Source: a virus
Length of the DNA: 64,000 nucleotides
Reading direction: 5' to 3' (one strand)
Virus record (IMG/VR): IMGVR_UViG_3300020042_008783
Span: 3,615 to 67,614 of that record
Shown here: positions 38,950 through 49,492 of the stretch, one piece after another
Layout: each line of letters begins with the position of its first letter
Position numbering within the stretch: the stretch's first letter is position 1
Made by a program: the position numbers and the translations under genes
The notes under the pieces: model-generated
The model's input: only the letters and a program-made list of their open reading frames with translations
Told to the model about the DNA's origin: nothing
Database searches by the model: none

Positions 38950-39292
38950 GTTGTAAGTCCTTGATACATGGATAGGGTGGGGGGTCGAATTGATGGTTTA
39001 TTCTGTGGAAGTTATTATATATCAATGATTCATAGCTTCTAGGGTGGTAGGGTGGGGGGTGTAGGGGTGGTTTTGAACTCGTTGTTCCTACAGCTTTGTG
39101 TGTGTGGCGTGTGTGTGCAAACACCCGGAACGAGTTGGGATACCCCCACCCAGTGGGACCACCCCCACCCTCTCTTTCTTTATATTTATATATATTAATA
39201 GTAAACATACACTTAGACAAGGACCCAAGGTTCGAAATTTGGGTGGGGGTACCCATTTTTGACCCCCCACCCTAGAGCATACCCCCACCCTA
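38950..39292. other. candidate replication origin: GGGTGGGGG iterons in both orientations, central hairpin and AT-rich element
   Basis: At least 7 copies of GGGTGGGGG/CCCCCACCC; AT tract 39175-39205; non-coding gap between convergent genes. Confidence 0.6.
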
Positions 39293-40009
39293 AATCGTAG
39301 CCCTTTGGGGCCAAACTCGAAGCAACGAAGCCATTTCTTCATATTTATCGACCATGGTCTTCTTGAATCCACAGAAATGGTGCAATTGCTTGGATAGGTC
39401 GAATTCGTTGTAGCCGGCGAACAGTTGTACCTTTTGGGCTATGTCGTGGCACTTATCCATCTCAAAGTCCGTGGCCAGGCAGATACCGTAGTTATAGGAT
39501 GACTGCTCCAGGATAGCGTCATCTGGTAGTATCGTTTGAATATGGGGCTCGAACAAGGATCTGACCTTGGCCGTGAACCCCAGGTCTTTGAATCCAAAGG
39601 TTCCAGCGTTTAACCCTTTTAGCATAGTAAACTTTAACCTATCCACATTGGGTGCTCGTTTGTACTGAAACCATTCGTGGCACATATCGTGCCGTTCTTC
39701 GGTTACAATCGTAAAGTCTTTGGTTGGGTCGATCAGATCCATCGGGTTGCCGAAGTAGATAATGTCCGGATCGAGAAACAGATAGTAGTCATATCCTTCA
39801 GGGATAAGTTCTGAGTACTTGAGGAAACCGCCGTACAAGTAGTCCCTTGGGTCGACTATGACTTTGTGGCTAAATCCTTCTGGCCCCGGCTTGTTGGACA
39901 TTACGCAGAAGTCGACGTTGTCCGGCAGAGTCATGTTCGCGACAAGCAGATTAATACACTTGTGCGATTCCTCATTGAAGTCAGTCGCCGTGTAGACCAG
40001 AACTCTCAC
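39290..40009 (-). CDS. putative GT-A glycosyltransferase
   Basis: YDYYLFLDPD, NAG.F, EQ...N, HF.G. Confidence 0.7.
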   Translation of the reverse strand: MRVLVYTATDFNEESHKCINLLVANMTLPDNVDFCVMSNKPGPEGFSHKVIVDPRDYLYGGFLKYSELIPEGYDYYLFLDPDIIYFGNPMDLIDPTKDFTIVTEERHDMCHEWFQYKRAPNVDRLKFTMLKGLNAGTFGFKDLGFTAKVRSLFEPHIQTILPDDAILEQSSYNYGICLATDFEMDKCHDIAQKVQLFAGYNEFDLSKQLHHFCGFKKTMVDKYEEMASLLRVWPQRATI

Positions 40010-40068
40010 GCGGCCGATTGTATTTTGTCCTTTACAAAAGTCAAAGGGATTGAGACACTGTACGGACG

Positions 40069-40287
40069 ATGAAGGCGATCCTTGAGTTTAATCTCCCCGA
40101 GGAGGAGACCAATTTTAGATATGCTATGGGCGCACACGACATGGCGATGATTATTACGGATCTTGGAATCTTTCTCCGTTCGAAGATTAAACATGAAATC
40201 TCAGATCCCGACCGACTCAACGCTTATGAAAATGTGCGCGATGAACTTCATTCTTTGCTCGACGACCGAAACGTCACCCTCCCATGA
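40069..40287 (+). CDS. hypothetical phage protein
   Basis: MKAILEFNLPEE-type small ORF. Confidence 0.6.
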   Translation: MKAILEFNLPEEETNFRYAMGAHDMAMIITDLGIFLRSKIKHEISDPDRLNAYENVRDELHSLLDDRNVTLP

Positions 40288-40511
40288 AGCATCGAATCTT
40301 ATCCCATCTGTATTACGCCCTGGGGCACGTATGGAGTTACTTCATGTGTTGGACTGGTTTTGGTTATCGCTTTTATTCTTGGGCGATGGAGAATTCCGTT
40401 AACCACGATATTGACTGCTCGCTTTGGAAGCCTGCGCCCGAAAAGAAAATGGCTCGGTACCGGACAGCCCCATTGGGTAAGAAAAAAAACAACCGGCGCC
40501 GAAGATCGTAA
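40284..40511 (+). CDS. hypothetical protein with basic tail
   Basis: ATGA-coupled. Confidence 0.5.
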   Translation: MKHRILSHLYYALGHVWSYFMCWTGFGYRFYSWAMENSVNHDIDCSLWKPAPEKKMARYRTAPLGKKKNNRRRRS

Positions 40512-41144
40512 ATGCCCACACTCAACGAAAACATCCCGAGTTTCAAGGCGATGGTAAGGAAATCGTTCTTTACCAAAGACGAGACAGATAGAAACGAATT
40601 CTACAACGTATACGTGTTTGCCTTACAGTCGTATCCCGGCACCATCCTCACCTTCCATGTGATGACCGATGCAGGGATGCTTCGAAGCCGAGTCCCCATG
40701 TCTGAGATCTACACGCATGAGCCCACCAATGATATCCCGTTTAATTACAAACAGCTTTGGGATTGTTTCTCGGAGAACGTGACTGTGACAGAGTACAGCT
40801 TCCTGGCTTATCACCGAGCCCAGATTATTTTGAGGGATGGATCTAAGGTGTGGGGCACCTACATGTTTACGGCTGATTGGTTTAATAACCCCTACTCAGA
40901 CGAACCTTCCGATTACAAATGCGGCCATGTGTTCGCCGCGGATGACGGATACTTGCTTTGCATGCCGAACAATCGAATCTTCTGGAGAGACTCTAACTGG
41001 GTAACCAAAAAGCTTCCCGAGGACCTCAAGCAGTTTCGGGTATGTACAGAGCTCCCAAGCGTGGAGAACCAAAGCGATAAGTGGGTGACGGAAGACACAG
41101 ACTCGTTCTACTACGACATCCATAAAAGAGAAGAATCAACCTAA
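40512..41144 (+). CDS. conserved hypothetical phage protein
   Basis: LN.NIP, QLWDCFS, Y.FT.DW and PNNR motifs. Confidence 0.65.
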   Translation: MPTLNENIPSFKAMVRKSFFTKDETDRNEFYNVYVFALQSYPGTILTFHVMTDAGMLRSRVPMSEIYTHEPTNDIPFNYKQLWDCFSENVTVTEYSFLAYHRAQIILRDGSKVWGTYMFTADWFNNPYSDEPSDYKCGHVFAADDGYLLCMPNNRIFWRDSNWVTKKLPEDLKQFRVCTELPSVENQSDKWVTEDTDSFYYDIHKREEST

Positions 41145-41155
41145 AGGAGACACAT

Positions 41156-41911
41156 ATGAAACAACCCAAGATCGTAACCATCGGCACCCCCGCCTACGGC
41201 GGCCAAGTAACAAGCGGCTTTGCCACCGGACTAGCCGCGTCAGTCAGCCTGTTCCAGAGCTACAACATAGAACTGCATTGTATTCTTTTGACCGGACACT
41301 CCGTGATTCAGATGGCCCGCAACCGGGTACTTCGCGAGTTCCTTAAGACGGATAGCGAGATGCTTGTCTGGATTGATTCGGACATTTCATGGAACCCAAT
41401 GGATTTGCTTAAGCTTTGCTTGCACGACGAGGAAGTAGTTGGCGCGACTTATCGAAAGAAGGTTGCTACCACCACCGAGTTCACAGTCCAATTGAAGCGT
41501 GGAAACCTTGACCCCGACAAGCGTGGCCTGCTTGAGGTTGACCGCATCGGTACCGGATTCCTTCGCGTGACCCGCAAAGCCCTTGAAGATTTGACCAAGG
41601 ATTGCAATCACCTCGACCTACACAACAAGGCCAGCGAGTCCCATACGATTGGCGGATCGGGCAAGTATCAGGACTCCCAGACCGAGTTCATCCACAATGT
41701 ATTTGAAGTCGGGATCTACAAAGGCGAGTTCCTTTCTGAGGACTTCATCTTTTGCGAGAAGCTCAAAGAGAAGGGCTACAAGATTATGATGGATACCAAA
41801 ATTGATCTTGGCCACGAAGGACCCTACACATACCGTGGAAGCATTTCCCATTTCCTGAACTACCTCAAAGAAACGGATGCCCAGCCCGATGGTAAAGACA
41901 AAGTGGATTGA
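41156..41911 (+). CDS. glycosyltransferase family 2-like protein
   Basis: TPAYGG, ARN, WIDSD, GTGF, SED..FC, LGH.G. Confidence 0.8.
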   Translation: MKQPKIVTIGTPAYGGQVTSGFATGLAASVSLFQSYNIELHCILLTGHSVIQMARNRVLREFLKTDSEMLVWIDSDISWNPMDLLKLCLHDEEVVGATYRKKVATTTEFTVQLKRGNLDPDKRGLLEVDRIGTGFLRVTRKALEDLTKDCNHLDLHNKASESHTIGGSGKYQDSQTEFIHNVFEVGIYKGEFLSEDFIFCEKLKEKGYKIMMDTKIDLGHEGPYTYRGSISHFLNYLKETDAQPDGKDKVD

Positions 41912-42302
41912 CCTAGCCATGCGGCTGGCCGACGCCGCGGCAAAAACAAGTCAGGATCAGTTCGTCCGAGTCGGCGCAGCGGTGCTCCGGGAAGACGGCT
42001 CCGTATGCGGGATTGGCTATAACGGATATCCCCCGGGCTTTGAACTAACCAAACAGGAATCCTTGGACCGCAATTACCGGCGGGACTTTATGGTCCACGC
42101 CGAAATCAATGCCCTTGCTTACAGTCGCCCCGGCGAACCCCATCTTTTGGCCGTCACTTACCCGCCTTGCAAAGCCTGCGTTCTAGAAGCCGTTCGGTAT
42201 GGCGTGAAGTACATCGCCTACCGCGAAAATGAGAATCGTCCTATATTTCCGTCCGACTATTTGGCTGCCCGACTTGGCGTTACTTTGATCGCCGAAAAAT
42301 AA
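41877..42302 (+). CDS. dCMP deaminase
   Basis: VGA, GYNG, HAEINAL, PC..C. Confidence 0.9.
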   Translation: MPSPMVKTKWIDLAMRLADAAAKTSQDQFVRVGAAVLREDGSVCGIGYNGYPPGFELTKQESLDRNYRRDFMVHAEINALAYSRPGEPHLLAVTYPPCKACVLEAVRYGVKYIAYRENENRPIFPSDYLAARLGVTLIAEK

Positions 42303-42350
42303 AAAATAAAATAAATTTTTAAAGTACATATACCCTATTTGTAAAATCGC

Positions 42351-42427
42351 CATAGGGGGGTGGGGGAGGGGGTGCGTATAGGGGTTGTCCCGCAAACCAG
42401 ACCCCGATAGGGGGAGGGGGAGGGGGG
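42351..42427 (+). promoter_or_regulatory. G-run tract with extended -10 (GGTGCGTATA); candidate genome end/early promoter
   Basis: GGGGGGTGGGGGAGGGGG and GGGGGAGGGGGAGGGGGG; motif repeated at 43557-43588. Confidence 0.45.
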
Positions 42428-42449
42428 AAACATAAAGGAAACAAATCAA

Positions 42450-42875
42450 ATGGAAACTACAATCGTAACTCAATCAGCAATCGAAATCAAAGCGAAGCGC
42501 ACAGCCAAGAGTGGCCGAATCCTCAAAGCGGTATTCGGAAACTGGAACGGCGATGCCTTGGTCACTGAAGCGGGACGGCTCGCCTCACGAAAGGACTTCG
42601 GCGTGATCACTGAAACCAAGGGCGTTCAACTCGCTTCTCGCTATGATGAAGCGGTCAACTCCTTCAACACTCTAGGCAAAGCCCGCCTCTCCTTCGAATC
42701 TACGGAGATAGCATCAGGGAAGCGAGAGATGAAGCGGATTTATACCAACCCCAAGACTGGCAGAACCATCTTGGAAACCGCACCCGCTAACAAGGATGCT
42801 TCCCTCATTAAGACAATGAAGGAGGCAGGATGCACGGAAGCCCAGATCGAGGCGGTGCTAGCCAAGCGTAAATAA
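42450..42875 (+). CDS. hypothetical early protein
   Basis: SD AAGGA; monocistronic with terminator. Confidence 0.7.
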   Translation: METTIVTQSAIEIKAKRTAKSGRILKAVFGNWNGDALVTEAGRLASRKDFGVITETKGVQLASRYDEAVNSFNTLGKARLSFESTEIASGKREMKRIYTNPKTGRTILETAPANKDASLIKTMKEAGCTEAQIEAVLAKRK

Positions 42876-42885
42876 GGCAAGAGGC

Positions 42886-42921
42886 GGAGGGGGGAGAGAA
42901 ATCTCCCCCCTCCCCTTTTTA
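42886..42921 (+). terminator. rho-independent terminator
   Basis: 12-bp stem, GAAA loop, T-tract. Confidence 0.85.
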
Positions 42922-42962
42922 TTTCAAAGAATCCAAGAATCTTAGAATCTATGATACCAAGC

Positions 42963-43427
42963 TTAACCAGCTGTAATGTCGATGACAGGTTTCATCGCAT
43001 CGTCGTTTCGAAGAACGGCGAGGTTAACGATCGTCTTGCCATTGCTTCCTTGATTCTGCGAAGCCAAGCCCAATGCAGGGCGAGCTATCTTGTCCACTTT
43101 CTCGAGCACATCGATATGTTCACGCAATTCTTTCCTGCTTCCAGGCATCTCGGATTCGAGGACATCCAAACTATGGTCAACTTGATTAGCGATCCTCGAC
43201 AGATATTGAGCCTGCTTATCGGTAGCAGTCTGAACAATCTGCTTATCAACTCTCTGTTTTATCTGAACAATATTCTCCAACTTCCGTGCAACCCACTTGC
43301 ATCTTCTCGATCTACTATCCAAAGTGTTGATGCTGATACCATACTGCGATGCAATGAAGCTACGACTCTTGCCTCCAACGAAGTCTCTTTCTACTGCTTT
43401 CCAGTCTATAGCCAAGGCTTTAGGCAT
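42963..43427 (-). CDS. putative terminase small subunit (N-terminal HTH)
   Basis: IDW......F..G.S...IA..YGIS..TL..R.....W; helical core; C-terminal ..VIDI. Confidence 0.65.
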   Translation of the reverse strand: MPKALAIDWKAVERDFVGGKSRSFIASQYGISINTLDSRSRRCKWVARKLENIVQIKQRVDKQIVQTATDKQAQYLSRIANQVDHSLDVLESEMPGSRKELREHIDVLEKVDKIARPALGLASQNQGSNGKTIVNLAVLRNDDAMKPVIDITAG

Positions 43428-43624
43428 AAACCCAGCTTATATGCCCTAGTGCATAAGGTCAATGCATCTTTGAATCAAGGATTCAATGATTCCGTGCATC
43501 CTGTGCACCAGCTTTCATCTTCCAACATCCACCCCCTCTACCTATCGGGTCGTTCCCGTATGGGGAGGGGGACATCGGTGCGTATAAGGAGTATGGAAGC
43601 AACCCTAACCCAAGGAGAAAACAA

Positions 43625-44110
43625 ATGAGTAACACATACCTTCAAGACTTCGGTCTGCTACGCAAGCAGATGAACGATCGAGAGGTCAACGACCCTATGT
43701 CTGGCAGTGCCAGATGGGAGGACTTGCAGATGGACTTACGCAAGCCCCATATCCCACAGCCTCGGCGGGACAACATGCCTGCCAACCGCAAGCTCAAGAT
43801 TGGTGACCTTGAGATCAGTATCAGGAAGCCTGATGCCAAGCTTACTATGGCTTTCGGATTCACCTGTGGTGGAGTCTACAAACATAGCCTAGTCACCCCC
43901 AAGGCTCACACCTACCAGCGTTCCTTGCAGGAGACCCGCGGGCAAGTCAAAGACCCCAAGGAGACGGAGCTTTACTGCCCCTATGGTTCGGTGGCCGAGG
44001 CTATCAAGCGGTATGTCCGCAAGGCTAGGTTTGCCACCATCCCAAGCGTGGCTGACAAGTATCGCGAGAAGGTCAGACTGCTTTGGCCAGCACGGAGGGT
44101 CGGGCGATGA
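43625..44110 (+). CDS. hypothetical early protein
   Basis: SD AGGAG; first gene after the G-rich promoter motif. Confidence 0.65.
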   Translation: MSNTYLQDFGLLRKQMNDREVNDPMSGSARWEDLQMDLRKPHIPQPRRDNMPANRKLKIGDLEISIRKPDAKLTMAFGFTCGGVYKHSLVTPKAHTYQRSLQETRGQVKDPKETELYCPYGSVAEAIKRYVRKARFATIPSVADKYREKVRLLWPARRVGR

Positions 44111-44358
44111 AGTGTGATTACTGCAACGACCCGATCGAAGCTGAGCGTATCAACCTAGGCTTCACCAAGTGCAAGGGCTGTGCGTTCCTGCACCCCGAAG
44201 CCAAAGTGCTTGGGGCGATGGTCTATTCGGATAAGACTGGCGGGGCAATCAATGTGATGAGTCCTGAAAGCTTTGATAACTACAAACGAATTTCGCGCAG
44301 GGTCGGCCAGCGTTCGGCACTTCGGAATGTGCTGGACAATGGCGGTCGCTCGCAATAA
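44083..44358 (+). CDS. DksA/TraR-like C4 zinc-finger protein
   Basis: C..C...I...R.......C..C; start likely MKCD. Confidence 0.55.
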   Translation: MASTEGRAMKCDYCNDPIEAERINLGFTKCKGCAFLHPEAKVLGAMVYSDKTGGAINVMSPESFDNYKRISRRVGQRSALRNVLDNGGRSQ

Positions 44359-45459
44359 CCAAAAGGAGACACAAGACAATGAGTATGAAAGATAGAAAGC
44401 AGATGATGAAGCGAGTTGAAGATTGGATGGGCTCGGATGCCACTTATTCAGATCTGATTGAGATCATCGCTCAAGTTGCATTGGGAGAATATTCAGCAAA
44501 GCAATTAAAAGAAGATGTTCTCTCATTCGAGTTGGAAGAACAATAACCAAATGAGCGTGATACTACCAATCGATGCTTACATCCAACTCAACGGAGTCGA
44601 GTACTATGGCAAGGTTGTAAAAGACGGAACACGAAACCACCACCCCATGTCCGAGTATGTCGGCAAGCGTGTGTTTGATGTATCCAAAATTCAGTCAGAC
44701 GAGTCATGGACTCATTGGTATGTCTTCGAATCCGAGATGCCATTGCCCAACTTCTATGACTCTACGTTCATTCACTCGCTGGACTATGCGAGCTGGATAG
44801 ATGTGGACAGGGATGACTGCGACGCACCTGGACAGATGTTCAGACGCAGAGCTTACATCTCAAAGATGGGTCAGTGGAAGATGATCATCACCCAAAGCGG
44901 AGGGCGTGACATATGAGAGGTAGATCTATCGACCCCAAGTATGTCATGACCAATGCAGTCCAAGCTCACTATGGGCGAAGGCTGACTAGGAAAGACTGGG
45001 AAAGGAACGTCAAGATAGCCAGACGCACGAGCCGAACGACCCTCGCAATCAAGCGTAAAGAAGGCTTGGAGTATCAGTATGCGTTGACCGATATTCATCG
45101 GAGCATCATCAAGAAAGTTATGATGACACCCGATGAAGCTTACAACCGAAACAAGGTAACCAAGAAGCTTGGGCTTGCTTGGGTTATGTGCGGATGAGTA
45201 CCGAGACAATCAATCTATGGTACTGGCTGTTCGCACAGACCCCATCACCAAAGCTTCATCACGGTAATAACTAAGGAGGAATATGAAAACCAAACTATAT
45301 AAGAAAATGCTGGAAATCTACTACAAGAAGGGAGCGAGCGGAGTATATCACTATGCCAATCGCCATCCCAAGCAGTTTGAGCCAACTGATAAGTGGTGCG
45401 TTCAATGTGAAGCACTGACTCCCCGCATCATTCGAAGAGAAGGTTGCGCCGTTTGCGGA

Positions 45460-45519
45460 TAGACACAGTGCCCCCCAAACACGGGGGCACAAGTCTAGCC
45501 GATAGGCTGGAAACGAAAG
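45460..45519 (+). repeat. intergenic two-hairpin element, copy 1
   Basis: TAGACAC-hairpin-AGTCTAGCCGATAGGCTGGAA..ACGAAA. Confidence 0.75.
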
Positions 45520-48500
45520 TAACACTAACCAAGAAAGAATCAGTAAATATGAAACTGAATAACGAAGGTAAGATAGTAATCGAAGTCAAACACGGCGTGT
45601 CATCAGACGGAAGTCTGAACGGCCGTTATTACATGGCCAGCATTGAAGGCTGGACTGGTGAGGGCTTGACCGAAGCGGATGCGGTGCGCGATGTGCATCA
45701 GTCCCGTGCGGAAGCCTTGACCAAGCTTCACCACAACAACCGCGCGTTTGGTACTCGGTTAACCTTTGAGGTTGCCCAATGATTTGGGGCGACTTCTTTG
45801 AGGTGATGACTATCATCATCCAGTTATTGATGGCGTTCATGGTCATTCCAGCATGTCTTGTGTGTAGCGCGATTCTCATCGTGCGTCTTCTCAAGATAGT
45901 AGAAAAGGAGATCAATTGAAAGCTGGCGACAAAATCTGGGTAGATGCCCAGATGATCGAGATCCTAAAAGGTCATAACTTGGGGCGGAAGTTTCGCCTCA
46001 ACACTGGTGTGGCTGAGGTGGCTGGTGACATCTACCCCGACGACACCATTGTGCCCAATGAACTGAACGTAAAGATTGGTGATGCTCGATGGACAAAGCT
46101 TGCCTTGGGTGAGCTTGAACGTCCGTGGCGTTACCCAACCTTTCGCCGTTTGCTTGCGGTTATCCGCTCGTGGACTGGTGACTGGTTGTTCCGTGCCCGC
46201 AAGCTCGAGCAGGGAATCAGTATTGAAGAAACAATTAACAATGAGGAGAACGACAATGATCAAAGTTAAGCTTGGTTGGGGGTGGATGCGTTTCCACTTC
46301 TTCGCGAACAAATTCAACAATGCCATCGTGGCTAGCGTGGAGTTTCGGCCTCTCGGCTTTGAACTCTACCGCGGTAGTCATTCGGTAATGATCTACTTGG
46401 AGCTTGTCATCGGCACGCTGATGATCAAGTTGAGCAAATGAAAGCTGACAAATACTTAGATACTTGTACAGAAGCAGAGTGTGAGTTTGTATACGAGAGA
46501 TTTTATGGCCAATCGACGCATGAATTGGTTGAAGATCTCCTAAGTTACATTGACCACGAACCTATCAAACAATTAGTCGAAAACTATAGAAAGGAAACAA
46601 AATGAGTTACCCAATCGAAGTAGTAGCCGAGAAGGGAACGCTCCAGCGCAGGCTTGGGCTGACTCCTATCGACCGAACCACAACCGCAGACTTCCCGAAA
46701 GGGAAGATAACTATTAGAACAAACAGAGTTCCAACCTTATCAGAGGGCGGAGCTTATGCGTTCTACTACACCGACCACGAAGGTGATCGGTCAGTGTGTC
46801 ACGTTGGGCCCGTGTACCGATACACAAGTCATGGGAGAACTGCCAGTGATGAGATGTATTATCACTTCAATTCTGGTTGCTTGAGGAAAACTCAACTCGA
46901 TGCGTTTGTCACAACCATCAAGGCCATCGAAGCCAAAGTCGATGCCCTTATGAGAAAGGAATCCAATGGCTACCAAGACGAAATCTAGTAAGAAGAATCT
47001 AACCAAAGACCAGCTTAATAGACTTAAGGTGCTGGACTTCATCGACATCTACGCTGACGACGAGCACAAGGAAAACATCATCCTACTCGATGGCTTGGAC
47101 AAAGCTTTCCTCGGGCTTTCCCATCGAGATGGACAACACGGAACACAAGTGGCGGTGTATGGAATCTATTCCTGCATTCACACACTTCAACTCGACAACA
47201 AGTGGAGTTGGGATGAAGCTGAAGAATACTTCTACTTCAATACCCGCTGGGCTTATGTTGGCGAGTATACCCCGATGTTCATCGAGGAGATGATGCGATG
47301 AATGCCAAACTGACACCTCAAGAGATTAGGCAGGGCGACACCGTTTGGTGGCGCGGAAGCTTTGGCAACGAGGGATGGCAAGAGGCGAAAGTCAAACGCA
47401 TCGAACTCGTTCGTCCAGGTGAGAAAGAAAATGGACTCCTTGTGCCTTGGGTGCCCACAACCATCATCGAGAACTGTGTTTTCGATCTGGACAATGGGCA
47501 TTGGGCATATGGATATCAAATCAAACCAGTGGAGGAAGCTGTATGAACATCCAAGACTTAAAAAAGTTGGGACCTAAATCCCCAATTCGCATTAAGTTAA
47601 CCGATGAGCAATGGAATGAAGTGTGGCATAAGTTTGCAACCGCTGAAAAAGAAAGGAGAGAAAAACATGAAAATCGAAGACTACGATAAGTTTGAGAGCA
47701 AAACTGATCGTCCGATAATCTCAAAAGCTGAGATGAGCAAAGCGTGGTATCAGTATCAGATAACAACTATAGACCTCCAGCTTATGGAGCAAGCCCAGTT
47801 GAAGAAAGAAGGCTTGATTGTCCTCCTGCGAGAACACACGCTGAAGAACGGAAGAGTGACCCGCAAGGTTGTGGACACTGGTTCCCTCGAGATTGACGGT
47901 GTTGACGGCAGAGACGCTCCAGACTTCTCCGACGCCTACTTCAGTGCTGGTCAGTTTAAAGACGGCACCGAGATGAGCGACGAGGAACTCAACGAGCTGG
48001 CTGATGAACATCCCGATCTTCTGCACGAAATGATTTACCACCACGCGTCGGACTAGTCATGAGATTCTTCTACCACTTCAACAAACCTTTGACGCAACGA
48101 CGCAAAGATATCTGGTGGACAATCCACTACCAGAATCAGTGCGTCCCCATCAAAGGCTTTGATTGTCGTGTGGCTACACACGATCGAAAACGCAAGAAGC
48201 AACCACTCGCAGTTGTATGGGGCGATGCCAGTAGCATCGTCATTCAAGACAACCGCGCAATCATTACATAAGGAGTAACCAATGAAAAAGAAAAAAGCAA
48301 AGGTAACAGAGAAAGTTATGACGATCGACAGGAAAGACGGAAACCTCAACGGAGTTCCATATATTCAGTTCCTTGTAGCGATGCAAGGGCTGGAAGCTTT
48401 GAATCGTGGAATGATGTTGACTCGAGTCGCAACCCCAAGTCGGTGTATGGAGATCATATCGCAGATCACTGGTCAGCGATACAAACGAACCGATAGGAAC

Positions 48501-48904
48501 AAAGCGTTGTATGATGCGGAAGTAATCATGCATGCGCTTCGTGAAGAGAAGAAACAACTAGCTCAGGACGCGGCACTCGCATGAGAATCGAAGTCGAGAA
48601 GGATGATGTTAAGTTCGAATACGACGGCAAGAAGTATTCGGTAACTGGCACAGCCATCCACAATACCGAGAAGGAAGACATCGGTATTGGTTCTTATGAG
48701 TTCTGGGGTTCGCGTGGTTATGACAGCCAGATTGTCAACCAAAGCGAGTTCTCGGAATGTGAGTTCGATAGCTTGGCAATCTATCCAGACGAAGGAATGG
48801 AAGAAGTTCCAGAACCTTCTAAAGAGCTTGTCGAGGCCGCACAGGAAGCTTTGTATCAAGCGACCTACGAAACCGCGGAAGAACGGGCTGTCGAGTTAAG
48901 CGAC

Positions 48905-48970
48905 TAGACACTCTGCCCCGTCGCCAACGGCGGGGTAGCAGTCTGGCCGATAGGCTGGAATCAAACGAAA
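48905..48970 (+). repeat. intergenic two-hairpin element, copy 2
   Basis: TAGACAC-hairpin-AGTCTGGCCGATAGGCTGGAA..ACGAAA. Confidence 0.75.
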
Positions 48971-49492
48971 ACCAAACTGAAAGGACACATATATGGAACT
49001 AACAATACCATCGGAAGTGGTAGATGAGTTCGGTCGGGCGACCGAGACGCTCAAACTATCAAATGAGAAGCGCAAAGAATATCGGACTCTATTCCTAGAA
49101 TCCGCGAAGCAAGGAGTCAAAAGCTGGATAGGCCAGCACTTCACGGTTCAGATGGATGAGCACGATAAGGCAAGACTTGCCAAACCTTTGCTCAAATCCA
49201 ACCTGCTCAAATACTTGACCGCAGATCAAGTTAACCACGTGCTCGAAGCTTCGACAGTAGAGTCGGAGGAATGGCACTTCACCGCTCGGAGGATTCCGAC
49301 AGGTGAGTAAGGCTGTAAAGATTGCAGACGAGATAACAAAGTGGGATTGCTACGCTTTGTTTGACAAAGACAATGTATTACTCAACGACCAGTTATTCAC
49401 ACACTACGAACGGGCGCAGAAAATTGCTTCCTGTTACGAGAATGGTGAAGCCATCATCTGGAAAGTTGAACTGAACAGAAAGGAAAAAGTCA

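Noticed and set aside
42951-43628. 225-aa plus-strand ORF
   Set aside because: Antisense shadow of the TerS-like gene that runs through promoter and hairpin DNA; the composition is not protein-like.
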